Counted from the stretch's first letter, positions 9,324-19,052 are shown. The stretch: 64,000 nucleotides of DNA from Intestinimonas butyriciproducens (GCF_016901775.1 NZ_JACJKW010000004.1:1-64000), one strand, 5' to 3'. Notes: generated by a model not told the origin, from the letters alone. Numbers and translations are program-made.

Positions 9324-10154
9324 TTAAAAATCCCCTTCCATCACCACATCGTCGGAAGGATCCTGCACAAAGCCCTGGGAAAGATAGAACTCCTCCATGG
9401 CCTTGTCCTCCCGGGGGAAATGGACGGTGATACGGGGCACGCCCCGGCTTCTGGCCTGGCCGACGGCATAGGAAAGACCCTTTTCCAGATCTCCATGAAG
9501 CCCTGCGATATACAGAGCACGCTTCGGCTGGAACCGGGCGCCCAGGGCCAGAACACAGCCTTCTCCTTCGTAGAGCCAGCCCTGGGAGACAAAGCCCCCA
9601 TAGGTGCCCTCATTCATCTGGTAGAAGGTGTGATTACAGCACATGGTATCCCCGAACGCCTGTCGACAAGGCTCCAGCAGAAAAGCGGCCCGGTCTTTGT
9701 CCGCCACCAGAGCCAGGCCATCGGCCTTATTCCGGGGCGCTTTTTCCACTTCCAGGGTCATGCCTTTGAATTCTCTTCCCCGGTGCAGGCCGTTTTTTTC
9801 TGCCAAGGCGGCGCTGGCCACATTTTTGACCCCGGTATACATGGCCGCCCGGGGGCAGCCCATATCCTTTATCTGCTCCAGGTACCGGCGGTAGATGGCC
9901 ATGCCCATGCCCCGGCGCTGGAACTGGGGATCCACCCGCAAAAGCTCCAGCCAGGCCGAACCGTCAAAGAGCACCGTCAGTTTGCCGAACCCGGCGGGCT
10001 CACCGTCGGCCAGGGCCACGGTGAGCTCCCCACGGGTGGTGGTGAAATAATCGGCCACATCGGCAAAATACCGGTTTTTCGGGGCGGTATGTTCTTCGAT
10101 GAGAAGGCAGCGGGACAGATCGTCCTTTCGGAAAGGTCTGGTGGAAATTTCCAC
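9324..10154 (-). CDS. GNAT-family N-acetyltransferase.
   Basis: Acetyl-CoA-binding motif QFQRRGMGMAIY. GTG start with AGGAGGGG RBS. Confidence 0.8.
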   Translation of the reverse strand: MEISTRPFRKDDLSRCLLIEEHTAPKNRYFADVADYFTTTRGELTVALADGEPAGFGKLTVLFDGSAWLELLRVDPQFQRRGMGMAIYRRYLEQIKDMGCPRAAMYTGVKNVASAALAEKNGLHRGREFKGMTLEVEKAPRNKADGLALVADKDRAAFLLEPCRQAFGDTMCCNHTFYQMNEGTYGGFVSQGWLYEGEGCVLALGARFQPKRALYIAGLHGDLEKGLSYAVGQARSRGVPRITVHFPREDKAMEEFYLSQGFVQDPSDDVVMEGDF

Positions 10155-10169
10155 AATCTCCCCTCCTTC

Positions 10170-12167
10170 TTACTTCATGTAATGGTCAAACCAGTTTGTG
10201 ATCTCCCGCAGACGGCGCACCCGGTGCTTGGGTTTGCCGGAACGGGACAGCTCATGGTTCTCCCCGTGGAACAGGCACAGACGGGTGTCCACACCGTGCA
10301 TCCGCAGGGCGGTCATCATCTGAATGGCATCGGCCATCCAGCAGCGATAGTCCTCATCGGACTGGATGAACAAAGTGGGGGTCTTGGCCTTGTCGGCATA
10401 CTTCAGGGGAGAGTTGTTCCACATCCGGTCCATGTTGGTCCAGGGATCGGCCATCATGGCGGACAGGTTGTGGTAGTAGCCGATGTCGGTGGTCAGGCAC
10501 TTGCTCAGGTAGTTGGAGATGGAACGCTGGGAAGCCACCGCCGCAAACCGGTGGGTGTGGCCCACGATCCAGTTGGCCATAAAGCCGCCATAGGAGCCGC
10601 CGGCCATGCCCACACGCTTCTCATCGATCTGGGGATATTTTTCCAGCACCTTGTCGGTGAACTCCATCAGGTCGTTATAATCCCAGACGCCGTAGTGCTC
10701 GCCGCGGATATTGGCAAAGTCGTTGCCCTTGCCGTCGCCGCCACGGGGGTTGCAATAAAAGACGAAATAGCCCTCGTTGGCCCAGAACTGCATCTCATGG
10801 AAGAAGGTCTCGCCGTAAACCGCCTTGGGGCCGCCGTGGACATTGAGGATCGCAGGATACTTCTTGGAAGGATCGTAGTCCACCGGCTCCAGGATCCAGC
10901 CGTCGATGTCCACGCCGTCTTTATCGGTAAAGTGCATATATTTGGGCTCTACCACGCTGTGGGTCTGGAGGTATTCCTGGTTGAAGCTGGTCAGGCAGGT
11001 TTCCTCGCCGCCTTCCTTGCAGCAATAGATCTCCTGCAGGCCATTACAGCGCATACCCACATAATAGAAGGTATCGCCCACCTTCTGGAAGCAGTCCACG
11101 CTGCCGTGGACATCGGGGGAAATGGTCTTGACCTGGCCCTTTTCATCCAGCTTGCGGATGAAAGAATTGAAGCCCATGGTCTCCAGGAAGTAGAAACCGT
11201 CCTTTTCGCCCTTGTTGGAAACGCCTCCGCCATAGCGGCAGTCGCTGCCCACACTGGAGCCCAGGCTGGTGTCCAGATCGGCAAGCTCCTGCATCTTGCC
11301 GGTATTCACATCCACATTGAAGAAGATGGGATTTTCGCTGGAGCCATAGCGCTGGCCGGTGGTGGCGGCCATGAGGATGTGATCGCCTACGAAATCGGCG
11401 GCCTGGACCCGGTATTTGCCGCCCAGATCCATTTCACGGCTCTCGCCGCTCTTCAGATCATACACAAACAACCGGCTGACCTGCTCGTCCATCCACTGAT
11501 AGTCGCTGCCATAGTACAGAGCCAGACCCAGCTCCTTGCTGTATTTCAGGCCGGTGACCTGCATATAGGGGCCGGTGATGGCCTTCTGCTCATCCTTGCA
11601 GATGTCGCAGAGATAGACACGGCCGCGCTTTTTGTTGACGATGCCCTTGCCGTTGAACCAGAAGGGAAGCTCATCGAAGATCTCGTAGTCCTTTTCTTCC
11701 CGGATCTTCTCCATCATCTCTTCCTTCTCGGCCCCATCCAGACCTTCGGTGGTCATGGCATAGTTGTCATACTGGCCGATGCACAGGAATTTGCCGTCGC
11801 CCAGCACGATCAGGTTACTGGCGGGGAAAGGCAGGGCAAAATATTCCTCGGCTTCGCCGCCCTGGGTGGAGATCTTGTTGAACACGGTGTAATGGAAGCC
11901 TTCGTCGGCCATGGCCTTATATTTTCCGGTGCGGTCGCCGGGGAAGAGGATATGCTCTTCATCCAGCCAGTACAGGCTCTTTTCTGCGCCGCCGCTTGTC
12001 AGCTTGCGCACTTTTCCATTTTCCAGCAGGTGGATATGGGACACATATTTGTTGGCCTTCACCTGGGCCTGTGTGACCACAAAGGCCAGCTTCTCGCCGC
12101 TGGGGGAAGCCTGCAGCTGGGACAGCATTTTCACCTGACTGAAATCGTCGATCTGAATCCGTTCCAT
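10170..12167 (-). CDS. S9-family serine peptidase, paralog 2.
   Basis: GGSYGGFM motif. 665 aa. GGAGG RBS. Confidence 0.85.
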   Translation of the reverse strand: MERIQIDDFSQVKMLSQLQASPSGEKLAFVVTQAQVKANKYVSHIHLLENGKVRKLTSGGAEKSLYWLDEEHILFPGDRTGKYKAMADEGFHYTVFNKISTQGGEAEEYFALPFPASNLIVLGDGKFLCIGQYDNYAMTTEGLDGAEKEEMMEKIREEKDYEIFDELPFWFNGKGIVNKKRGRVYLCDICKDEQKAITGPYMQVTGLKYSKELGLALYYGSDYQWMDEQVSRLFVYDLKSGESREMDLGGKYRVQAADFVGDHILMAATTGQRYGSSENPIFFNVDVNTGKMQELADLDTSLGSSVGSDCRYGGGVSNKGEKDGFYFLETMGFNSFIRKLDEKGQVKTISPDVHGSVDCFQKVGDTFYYVGMRCNGLQEIYCCKEGGEETCLTSFNQEYLQTHSVVEPKYMHFTDKDGVDIDGWILEPVDYDPSKKYPAILNVHGGPKAVYGETFFHEMQFWANEGYFVFYCNPRGGDGKGNDFANIRGEHYGVWDYNDLMEFTDKVLEKYPQIDEKRVGMAGGSYGGFMANWIVGHTHRFAAVASQRSISNYLSKCLTTDIGYYHNLSAMMADPWTNMDRMWNNSPLKYADKAKTPTLFIQSDEDYRCWMADAIQMMTALRMHGVDTRLCLFHGENHELSRSGKPKHRVRRLREITNWFDHYMK

Positions 12168-12249
12168 GGATCATCGTCCTCCTTCACAAAAATCGGTGTG
12201 ATTTTACCGCTGTTGTCTGTACACTATTATACCTTTCTCTTTCCCCAAA

Positions 12250-12276
12250 GACAAGGCGGGATTTTACTGCCTTGTC
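12250..12276. repeat. 27-bp hairpin GACAAGGCGGGATTTTACTGCCTTGTC; left direct repeat flanking repeat copy B.
   Basis: Identical copy at 12523-12549. Confidence 0.8.
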
Positions 12277-12326
12277 ACAAACTGCCCGAAACCTATCCTG
12301 CAACAAGAGATGGTTTACTCTATTCT

Positions 12327-12514
12327 TCATCCATCCGCAAAAAGCCGCGACCTGTGCGTGGCTTTTTGCACCTATCAAGGGCGGGGTGACCCCGCAGGCA
12401 AACATTCTTTGCCCGGGCGTACACAACCTACCGGAGCAAAGAAAAAATGGGAGCGGCGGCTCGCCGCCAGACCCTTGCAAAGACTCGAAAAAGTGGCTTC
12501 CGCCACTTTTTCGA
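12327..12514 (+). repeat. Terminator-associated intergenic repeat, copy B (long form).
   Basis: Contains the 5' hairpin GCAAAAAGCC...GGCTTTTTGC and the 3' hairpin GAAAAAGTGGC...GCCACTTTTTC. Shares a 95-bp internal module with copy A. Confidence 0.8.
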
Positions 12515-12522
12515 AACGCTGA

Positions 12523-12549
12523 GACAAGGCGGGATTTTACTGCCTTGTC
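12523..12549. repeat. Right copy of the 27-bp hairpin direct repeat flanking copy B.
   Basis: Identical to 12250-12276. Overlaps the stop codon of the serine hydrolase. Confidence 0.8.
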
Positions 12550-13930
12550 AGGATGCGTCCGCCGGTGCGCACGCCCCAGACCCCTCGTCCTTCTTCCCGG
12601 AGAAGCAGGATATCGCTCTGGGAAAATTCCCCGGGCAGGATGATCAGATCGTGCCCGGCCATGATGAACTGCCGTTCCTTGCCGCCCATGGTCAGGTGGA
12701 GATCCCCGTTTTCCCAGGTGAAGGTGACCTCGTTGCCTTCGGCACTCGCAAACTTGCCCAGGCAGCTCTTCTTTTCCTCTTCGCTCCAGCCGGCGTCCTG
12801 CCAGGTTTTCATGGGCGCGGGCACAGCGGCTCCGGTGACCCAGCGAAGGGCTTCCTCGGCCACCCGGCTGACCGGCACGCCGCTGGTGTTGCACAGCACC
12901 ACAACGCCGGCTTCCAGCTCAGGAGAGAAGGCAAAATGGCTGGAGATGCCGGTCATGCTGCCACCGTGGCCCACCATGCGCACCCCTTCCAGGTCACTCA
13001 TGGCCATGCCGTAGCCATACCACTGGCCGTAGCGGTAATGCTGCCGGGGCTTCATCATCTCCCGGATGCCATAGGGGCTGAGCAGGCGGCCATGCTCCCC
13101 TTTGCCCTCGTTGAGATACATCTGCACATATTTCTTCATGCTGCCCAGGCTGGCCTTGACGGCGCCGCCGCCCATGAGCACAAAAGCGTTGTCATAGTAA
13201 TCCCGGCACCAGTGACGCTTGCCGTCTTTGTGGAAATAGAGCTTTGTGCTGTTAGGGTCCTGGGCCGGGGCGATAAACAGGCCGGTGGCCCGGTCCATCC
13301 CCAGGGGGGCGAACACATTCTTTTCCAGATAGTCCTGGAAGGAATTTTCCCCGCCATAGCGGCGGATGATCTCAGACAGCAGGCCGTAGCTGTCGTTGCT
13401 GTAACTCATGTACTCCCCGGGCAGACCGGTGCGGGCTTCTTCTTCGTCCAAACCCTTGCACACCCGGCGGCAGCCCTCCATGGCCAGACCCGGATGGGGG
13501 CCGATCTCGGCTTTGCCCTCCTGCCAGATGCCCATTGACCGGGCCACCTCTTCCACCAGCATCCGCCGCTTGGGAAGAAATCCCCCGGCGTGGCTGAGCA
13601 GATGGGCCACCGTCACCGGCTGGGCGGCGTGGGCGTTGTGGAACTCCGGCAGATACCGGCTCACCGGCCCCCATAGGTCGATCACTCCCTTCTCCGCCAG
13701 CTGCATGATGCTCAGGGCCGTAAAGGACTTGGACACCGACGCCAGACCAAAAATGGTGTTTTCGTCAATGACCGTCTGATTTTCCCCATCCCGGAAGCCA
13801 AAAAATTTCTGATACAGGGTCACATTCTTGTCGACCACCGCCATTGCCAGACCGGCAGCCTCATAATGGGCCATCATCTTTTCGATCCACTGTTCCAGAG
13901 GGCGGATGCCCTCCATAGTGCCTTTGTTCA
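12537..13930 (-). CDS. Serine hydrolase of the beta-lactamase / D-aminopeptidase family (class C-like).
   Basis: SxxK motif (ASVSKSF). About 464 aa. Start assigned to the GTG at 13930 with AAAGGAG RBS. The ORF track begins upstream at 13973. Confidence 0.7.
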
Positions 13931-14038
13931 CCTGAAAAACTCCTTTCCCAAGGCCGGGGCCTTTTCTGTCCACATTGTATCACGAAAGAGGCCCTCTGTG
14001 GGATTTTTTCTTCAAAACTTCTTGGACGCAAAGAAAAA

Positions 14039-14098
14039 GCAAATGCCCCCATTTGGTAGCAAATGCCCCCGTTTGGTAGCAAATGCCTCCATTTGGGG
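14039..14098. repeat. Three tandem 20-bp units (GCAAATGCCCCCATTTGGTA), each containing the inverted repeat CAAATG(N5)CATTTG.
   Basis: Read directly. About 110-170 bp upstream of the serine hydrolase start. Followed by a purine-rich tract at 14100-14200. Confidence 0.75.
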
Positions 14099-14203
14099 GC
14101 CAAAGAAAAGGAAAAGACAAAGGCAAAAACAAAAACGAAGACGAAGAAAAAAGAGAGGGGGAGGGTGAAGAAAAAGAAAAAAGGTCTCCCTTCCCTATCC
14201 CTA

Positions 14204-14329
14204 ATCAATCTGCAAAAAGCCGGGACCTGTGCGTGGCTTTTTGCACCTCTCAAGGGGCAAGTGTGCGCCAAAGGCGTGCATGCAGGCCCTTGCAAAAACT
14301 CGAAAAAGTGGCTTTTGCCACTTTTTCGA
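14204..14329 (+). repeat. Terminator-associated intergenic repeat, copy C (short form).
   Basis: Same end hairpins as copy B. Downstream of the MATE gene. Confidence 0.8.
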
Positions 14330-14428
14330 CACCCCTCCCAGGACGAAAACCACGCCTGGGAGGGAGTACACTGATGGCATAGGCCGGAGCCTTCCCAGCG
14401 GGAGCCATGGGAAAAGGCCCGGGAAAAC

Positions 14429-15766
14429 TCAGAACAGCCGGCCTTTTTTCCCCAGATGCCGGTAATAGAGCAGGCACAGGGCGATCTGCACCAGGGAAGA
14501 GGCGGGAGTACCCAGCCCCACATGGAACAAAGTGGCGCCGGGGAGGGCGCTCATGAGATAAACCACCGGGATACGGACACAGAATGCGCCGATGACCCCC
14601 TGGAGCATGACAAACACCGTTTTGCCGCAGCCGTTGAAAAAGCCCACAAAGCAGAAGAGGATGGCGGTGAGCAGGCAGTCGATGGCGTAGGCTTTCAGGT
14701 AGGAATGGGCGGCCGATATGACCCCTGTCTCCCGGGAAAACAGGTTGGCCAGCCCGTCGCCGAAAAACAGGGCCAGGGCCCCCATCACAGCCCCGGAGAA
14801 AAGGGCCATGCGGATGCCGTAAGAAAGGGCCTTGCGGCTGCGGTCCTGCAATCCTGCCCCGTTGTTCTGGGCCACAAAGGCAGAAATGGACTGCATAAAG
14901 GCCGAGGCGGTGAGCATGAGAAAGACGCAGACCTTTTCGGCCACGCCCACTGCCGCCGATTCCACCACACCCATACCGTTGACCACGATCTGGATGAAGA
15001 GGAAGGAAAAGTGCACCAGCACATCCTGCAAAGCAATGGGAATTCCCACCTTCAGAATGGGAAGAAGGCAGTTTTTGAAAAAACGCACATGGGAAAGGGA
15101 GAATGCAAAGGGCAGACCCCGCTTCCAGATGACCACAAGGGAAATGAGCACGCTGAGGGCCTGGGCAGCCACCGTGGCAATGGCGGCGCCCTTGGCTCCC
15201 ATTCCCAGTCCGGCCACCAGAAACAGGTCCCCCACAATGTTGAACAGGCAGGCCACCGCCACGGTGAACAAAGGCGTTCTGGAATCTCCCAATCCCCGGA
15301 AAATGGCCCCCAATACATTATAGAAAACGATGAACACCATGCCTGCGCCGCACACCTGGATATAATCCTGGGTAGGACCGAAAGCCTCCTGGGGTGCATG
15401 AACCAGGCGGGTGAGCACCTCACTGCCAGGCACCATGATCGCCGTTCCCACAACGGCCACCAGGGCAAAGAGCACAATGCTGGTGCCCACACCCCGGGCG
15501 GCATTTTCCTTTTCCCCGGCCCCCATGCACCGGGCCACAAACACCGTCACGCCCATGGTCAGCCCCGCCACCAGCATGGTGGCCGTGTTGAACAGCTGGC
15601 TCCCCGAAGCCACGCCGGACTGATCCCCGGTACCGGCAAACTGGCCCACGATGATCAGATCGGCGGCTCCATACATGGCCTGGAGAAACAGGGCCAGAAA
15701 AACCGGCACGGCAAAGGTGAGCAGGGAGCGGAAAATGCTCCCTTTTGTCAGGCTGTGTTCTTTCAT
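14429..15766 (-). CDS. MATE-family efflux transporter.
   Basis: 446 aa, 12 TM segments, MATE-like sequence. ATG at 15766 with GGAGAGG RBS. Confidence 0.85.
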   Translation of the reverse strand: MKEHSLTKGSIFRSLLTFAVPVFLALFLQAMYGAADLIIVGQFAGTGDQSGVASGSQLFNTATMLVAGLTMGVTVFVARCMGAGEKENAARGVGTSIVLFALVAVVGTAIMVPGSEVLTRLVHAPQEAFGPTQDYIQVCGAGMVFIVFYNVLGAIFRGLGDSRTPLFTVAVACLFNIVGDLFLVAGLGMGAKGAAIATVAAQALSVLISLVVIWKRGLPFAFSLSHVRFFKNCLLPILKVGIPIALQDVLVHFSFLFIQIVVNGMGVVESAAVGVAEKVCVFLMLTASAFMQSISAFVAQNNGAGLQDRSRKALSYGIRMALFSGAVMGALALFFGDGLANLFSRETGVISAAHSYLKAYAIDCLLTAILFCFVGFFNGCGKTVFVMLQGVIGAFCVRIPVVYLMSALPGATLFHVGLGTPASSLVQIALCLLYYRHLGKKGRLF

Positions 15767-16025
15767 TTTTTCCTCTCCTTTTCTGCAAGGGCTCCCGATA
15801 TCAAAAAAGGCCGGATAAGAAAACGGGAAATCTCCCGCCATCTTATCCGGCCGTCCCTTTGCTTCAGGGCTTGCCCTCCGATGTATGGAATATGTTAGCA
15901 TGCCCTTTTTCCTTTGTCCACCGCCCCTTTCCCCTGCTCCATGGAAGATTTCTCCCGGACTTGCAACAGACAAGACCCAAAGGAATATCCTGCTACTACG
16001 GAACTTGTTGGGAGGAATGTTTGCT

Positions 16026-16715
16026 ATGCTCAGTGAAGCCGCCGCCTTTTTGTTTGTCAATTCCCTTTATCTGATGCTGCGGGTCTCTCCCGCCGCCGGC
16101 TCCTTCCCCCGTCCCCTCACTGCCGCCGAAGAGCGGGAAGCTCTGGAAAAATGGGCCCAGGGGGATCTGGGCGCCCGGAACACCCTGATCGAGCACAATC
16201 TGCGTCTTGTGGCTCATGTGATCAAAAAATACTACGCTGCCCGGGAAGAGCAGGATGATCTGATCTCCATCGGCACCTTTGGGCTCATCAAGGCCATTTC
16301 TTCCTTTGATCCCAGCAAAGGAGCCCGCCTGGCCACCTATGCTTCCCGCTGCATCGAAAACGAGATCCTGATGCATTTCCGCTCCCGGAAAAAGCAAAGC
16401 TGCGAGGTGTCCCTTTCCGAGCCCATCGACAGCGACAAGGACGGCAATGTGCTTTCTTTGGTGGATGTGATCCGCTGCGACGAGGATATGATGGAAAAAC
16501 TGGAGCAGGACGAAAGGCAGCAGCTGCTGCTGGAAAAAGTAGAGACGGTGCTGGAAAGCCGGGAAAAGCAGATCATCGTCATGCGCTATGGCCTGTATGA
16601 CACCCAGCCCCTGCCCCAACGGGAAGTGGCAGAAAAATGCGGCATTTCCCGCTCCTATGTGTCCCGGCTGGAAAAAAAGGCCCTTCTCAAGCTGCGCCAG
16701 GCACTGGAAGACTGA
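16026..16715 (+). CDS. sigK: RNA polymerase sporulation sigma factor K (pro-sigma-K), uninterrupted.
   Basis: FPRPLTAAEE...ARNTLIEHNLRLVAHVIKKY...LISIGTFGLIKAI...YASRCIENEILMHFR matches B. subtilis SigK. The start could be 16017 or 16026. Confidence 0.75.
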   Translation: MLSEAAAFLFVNSLYLMLRVSPAAGSFPRPLTAAEEREALEKWAQGDLGARNTLIEHNLRLVAHVIKKYYAAREEQDDLISIGTFGLIKAISSFDPSKGARLATYASRCIENEILMHFRSRKKQSCEVSLSEPIDSDKDGNVLSLVDVIRCDEDMMEKLEQDERQQLLLEKVETVLESREKQIIVMRYGLYDTQPLPQREVAEKCGISRSYVSRLEKKALLKLRQALED

Positions 16716-16783
16716 TCCCATTGCCTTTGCGCCCTATTTCAGGTATGATAAGAAAAACGCCGGACAGGAAAGGAGAAAGGGCC

Positions 16784-17536
16784 ATGGAAATACAGCAGAT
16801 GTGGGCCAGCCCCCATTTGGGGAAAAAAGGCCACTATGCCCGCTTCCTTCTGGGAAGCATGGGCGGTATCCTGCTTGTGGGGCTGTTTCTGTCCGTAGGG
16901 GGCGCCATTTTGCTGATGCCTCTGGGAACAAAAAAAGCCCTTCCCTCCCTGTTTCTCTGCCTGGGCACCGCCCTTCTCATGGGTGTGCTGGCCCTGGCCG
17001 CAGGACGGAAAAGCGCCATGGAATGCACTTTCTTTTTTCAAACCACCCAGGGGGAGCTGTACGCTTTCGATGCCCGGTCCTTTCCCTCGGGCAAGGTGCT
17101 CCTCTTTTTTCAGGGCATCTGGGAGACCCAGCGCACCCTCTCTTCCCTGGCCATCAGCCCCCGCATCCCCCCAGGGGCCCGGAAGATCGTCCGGGTGGCA
17201 GCCATTGTACCCCATCGCACCTATTTTCTGCTGCGCTTGCAGGATCAGGGGCCCATCTATCTGATCTCCCGCCGTTTGGAAGGAGTGGACAGCCTTGTGT
17301 CCCTGCTCCGGCAGAAAACCGGCCCTTCCTGGGGAAAAAACACCCGGGAGAAAAAAGGACTTTGGGGCATTTTGGGCTGCGGCACGGCTCTGCTGCTTTT
17401 TTCCCTTCTTGCCTGTCTGTGCCATCCCAGCCTGGGAGCGTTTCCCTTTTTCCTCTACGCTCCCTGCGTGCTTCTGGCTTTCGGAAGTTTTTCTCTTTTG
17501 GTCTATTTCTTTGTGCTCCGCCACCGGGGGCTGTGA
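16784..17536 (+). CDS. Hypothetical membrane protein (2 N-terminal and 2 C-terminal TM segments around a cytoplasmic domain).
   Basis: RBS AAGGAG then ATG. No recognisable family. Confidence 0.55.
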   Translation: MEIQQMWASPHLGKKGHYARFLLGSMGGILLVGLFLSVGGAILLMPLGTKKALPSLFLCLGTALLMGVLALAAGRKSAMECTFFFQTTQGELYAFDARSFPSGKVLLFFQGIWETQRTLSSLAISPRIPPGARKIVRVAAIVPHRTYFLLRLQDQGPIYLISRRLEGVDSLVSLLRQKTGPSWGKNTREKKGLWGILGCGTALLLFSLLACLCHPSLGAFPFFLYAPCVLLAFGSFSLLVYFFVLRHRGL

Positions 17537-17570
17537 CCGGCCCATTTTCTGAAAGAAAGGAGGGGGCCAG

Positions 17571-19052
17571 ATGGCAAAGGTCCTCATTGTGGGCGGCGGC
17601 ATTTCCGGCCTATGTGCCGGCGTGCTGGCTGCAAAAAACGGCTTTACCGTAGAAGTCTATGAAAAAAACGCTCAGCCCGGCGGGCTGTGTGCCGGGTGGA
17701 CCCGGCGGGGTTTTCGCCTGGATACCGGCCCCCGCTGGCTTTCCGGCGCCGCTCCCGGGGGCGAAATGCGCCCCCTTTGGCAGGCCGTAGGCGCTTTGGG
17801 GGAGGAAATGGGTCCAGGAGAAGCCCGGCCTGCTTTGGCCTTTTCCCTGGGCCAGGGGCAGACCATGCTGCCTTTGCTTCGCTGTCCGGAGGACCTGGAA
17901 GAGGCCATGCTCCACCTTTCGCCCCGGGACGGCCCGGAAATCGGCGAGCTTTGCCGCCTGCTGCGCCGCACCAGTCAGCTGTCCTTTCCCAGAGAAAAAC
18001 CTCTGGACATGATGATGGCCTGGGAAAAGGTGCGCCTGGGGGCCCATCTCACGGCCCGGGGCCGGCTTTTGCCCTATGCCCGGCAAAGCGCCGGGGAATA
18101 TGCCCGCTCTTTCCACCATCCCCTGCTTCAGGCTCTTCTGGAAAAGGTGCCCCCGCCGGGCGCCTCTGCCTCCTTTGCCCTTTTGTGGCTGGGGCAGGCC
18201 CTGCATCCCCACGGGCTGTACCTGCCTCAGGGAGCCATACTGGCCCAGCGGATGGCCGCCGCCCTGGAGGCCCTGGGTGGCCGGCTCTTTACCGGCCAGG
18301 GCGTGGAGCGCATTTTGCTTTCCGGAAGCCGTGCCCGGGGGCTGCTGCTCCGCAGCGGGCGTACTGCTCTGGGAGATTATGTGATCTGCGCCTGTGATCC
18401 CTGGCTGGTGCGCAGCCGTTTGCTGGGGCCTTCCTATCTGGACCCCCTGCTGGGACAGTGGTACAGTGCGCCGGAAAAATACCCGGTCTCCAGCTTTCTC
18501 ACCGTCTATCTGGCCATCCCCGGCCAAAGCCCCCTGCCCCTGGAGGCCCCGGCTTTGCTGCCCTGTCCTCCCTTTTCCCTGGCTGGGGAAACATACGATG
18601 CCCTGTGGCTGCGGCGTCACCCCGGCGGCGCGCCCAATGGCTTCACCCTGCTCTCCTGCCAGATCAGCCAAAGCGAGCACCAGTGCGATGCCTGGCTCCG
18701 TCTGGCCCAGAACAAGGAGGCCTATGGCGTGGAAAAACACCGGGTGGCTGTGATGATCAAGGAAAGACTGGAACAGGCCCTGCCCTCTTGGGGCCAGAGC
18801 CGCTTGCTCAGCGCCACCACCCCTGCCAGTTTTCATCGGGTCACCGGGGCCTACAAAGGCTCCCCCATGGGCTTTTATCTGGCCCCCGGCGGCAAACTGC
18901 AAAACAGCCCGGGCCTGGTGCCCGGGGCGGACAACTGCCTGCTCACCGGCCAATGGCTCCAGCCCCCCGGCGGCCTGTCCGCCGCTCTCACCATGGCCAA
19001 ATTCACCCTCCAGCGCCTGTGCGCTTTGGAAGGTCAGGAGTTTCATTTATAA
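17571..19052 (+). CDS. NAD(P)/FAD-dependent oxidoreductase (phytoene-desaturase / amine-oxidase fold).
   Basis: N-terminal motif VGGGISGL...EKNAQPGG. RBS AAAGGAGGGGG. Confidence 0.8.
   Translation: MAKVLIVGGGISGLCAGVLAAKNGFTVEVYEKNAQPGGLCAGWTRRGFRLDTGPRWLSGAAPGGEMRPLWQAVGALGEEMGPGEARPALAFSLGQGQTMLPLLRCPEDLEEAMLHLSPRDGPEIGELCRLLRRTSQLSFPREKPLDMMMAWEKVRLGAHLTARGRLLPYARQSAGEYARSFHHPLLQALLEKVPPPGASASFALLWLGQALHPHGLYLPQGAILAQRMAAALEALGGRLFTGQGVERILLSGSRARGLLLRSGRTALGDYVICACDPWLVRSRLLGPSYLDPLLGQWYSAPEKYPVSSFLTVYLAIPGQSPLPLEAPALLPCPPFSLAGETYDALWLRRHPGGAPNGFTLLSCQISQSEHQCDAWLRLAQNKEAYGVEKHRVAVMIKERLEQALPSWGQSRLLSATTPASFHRVTGAYKGSPMGFYLAPGGKLQNSPGLVPGADNCLLTGQWLQPPGGLSAALTMAKFTLQRLCALEGQEFHL

Noticed and set aside
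12184-12894. ORFs 12184..12894(-), 12272..12643(+), 13861..14523(-) and the N-terminal extensions of 765..2855 and 999..2996, which share peptides such as LQKLEKVAF and GVTPPL.
   Set aside because: The shared peptides are six-frame translations of the repeated intergenic element, not a protein family.
16588-17652. 354-aa ORF overlapping the membrane protein gene in another frame, and the 16739..17602(-) ORF.
   Set aside because: Gly/Pro/Arg-rich translation with no RBS. Overlaps the better-supported 16784..17536 gene, which has an AAGGAG RBS and a TM topology.
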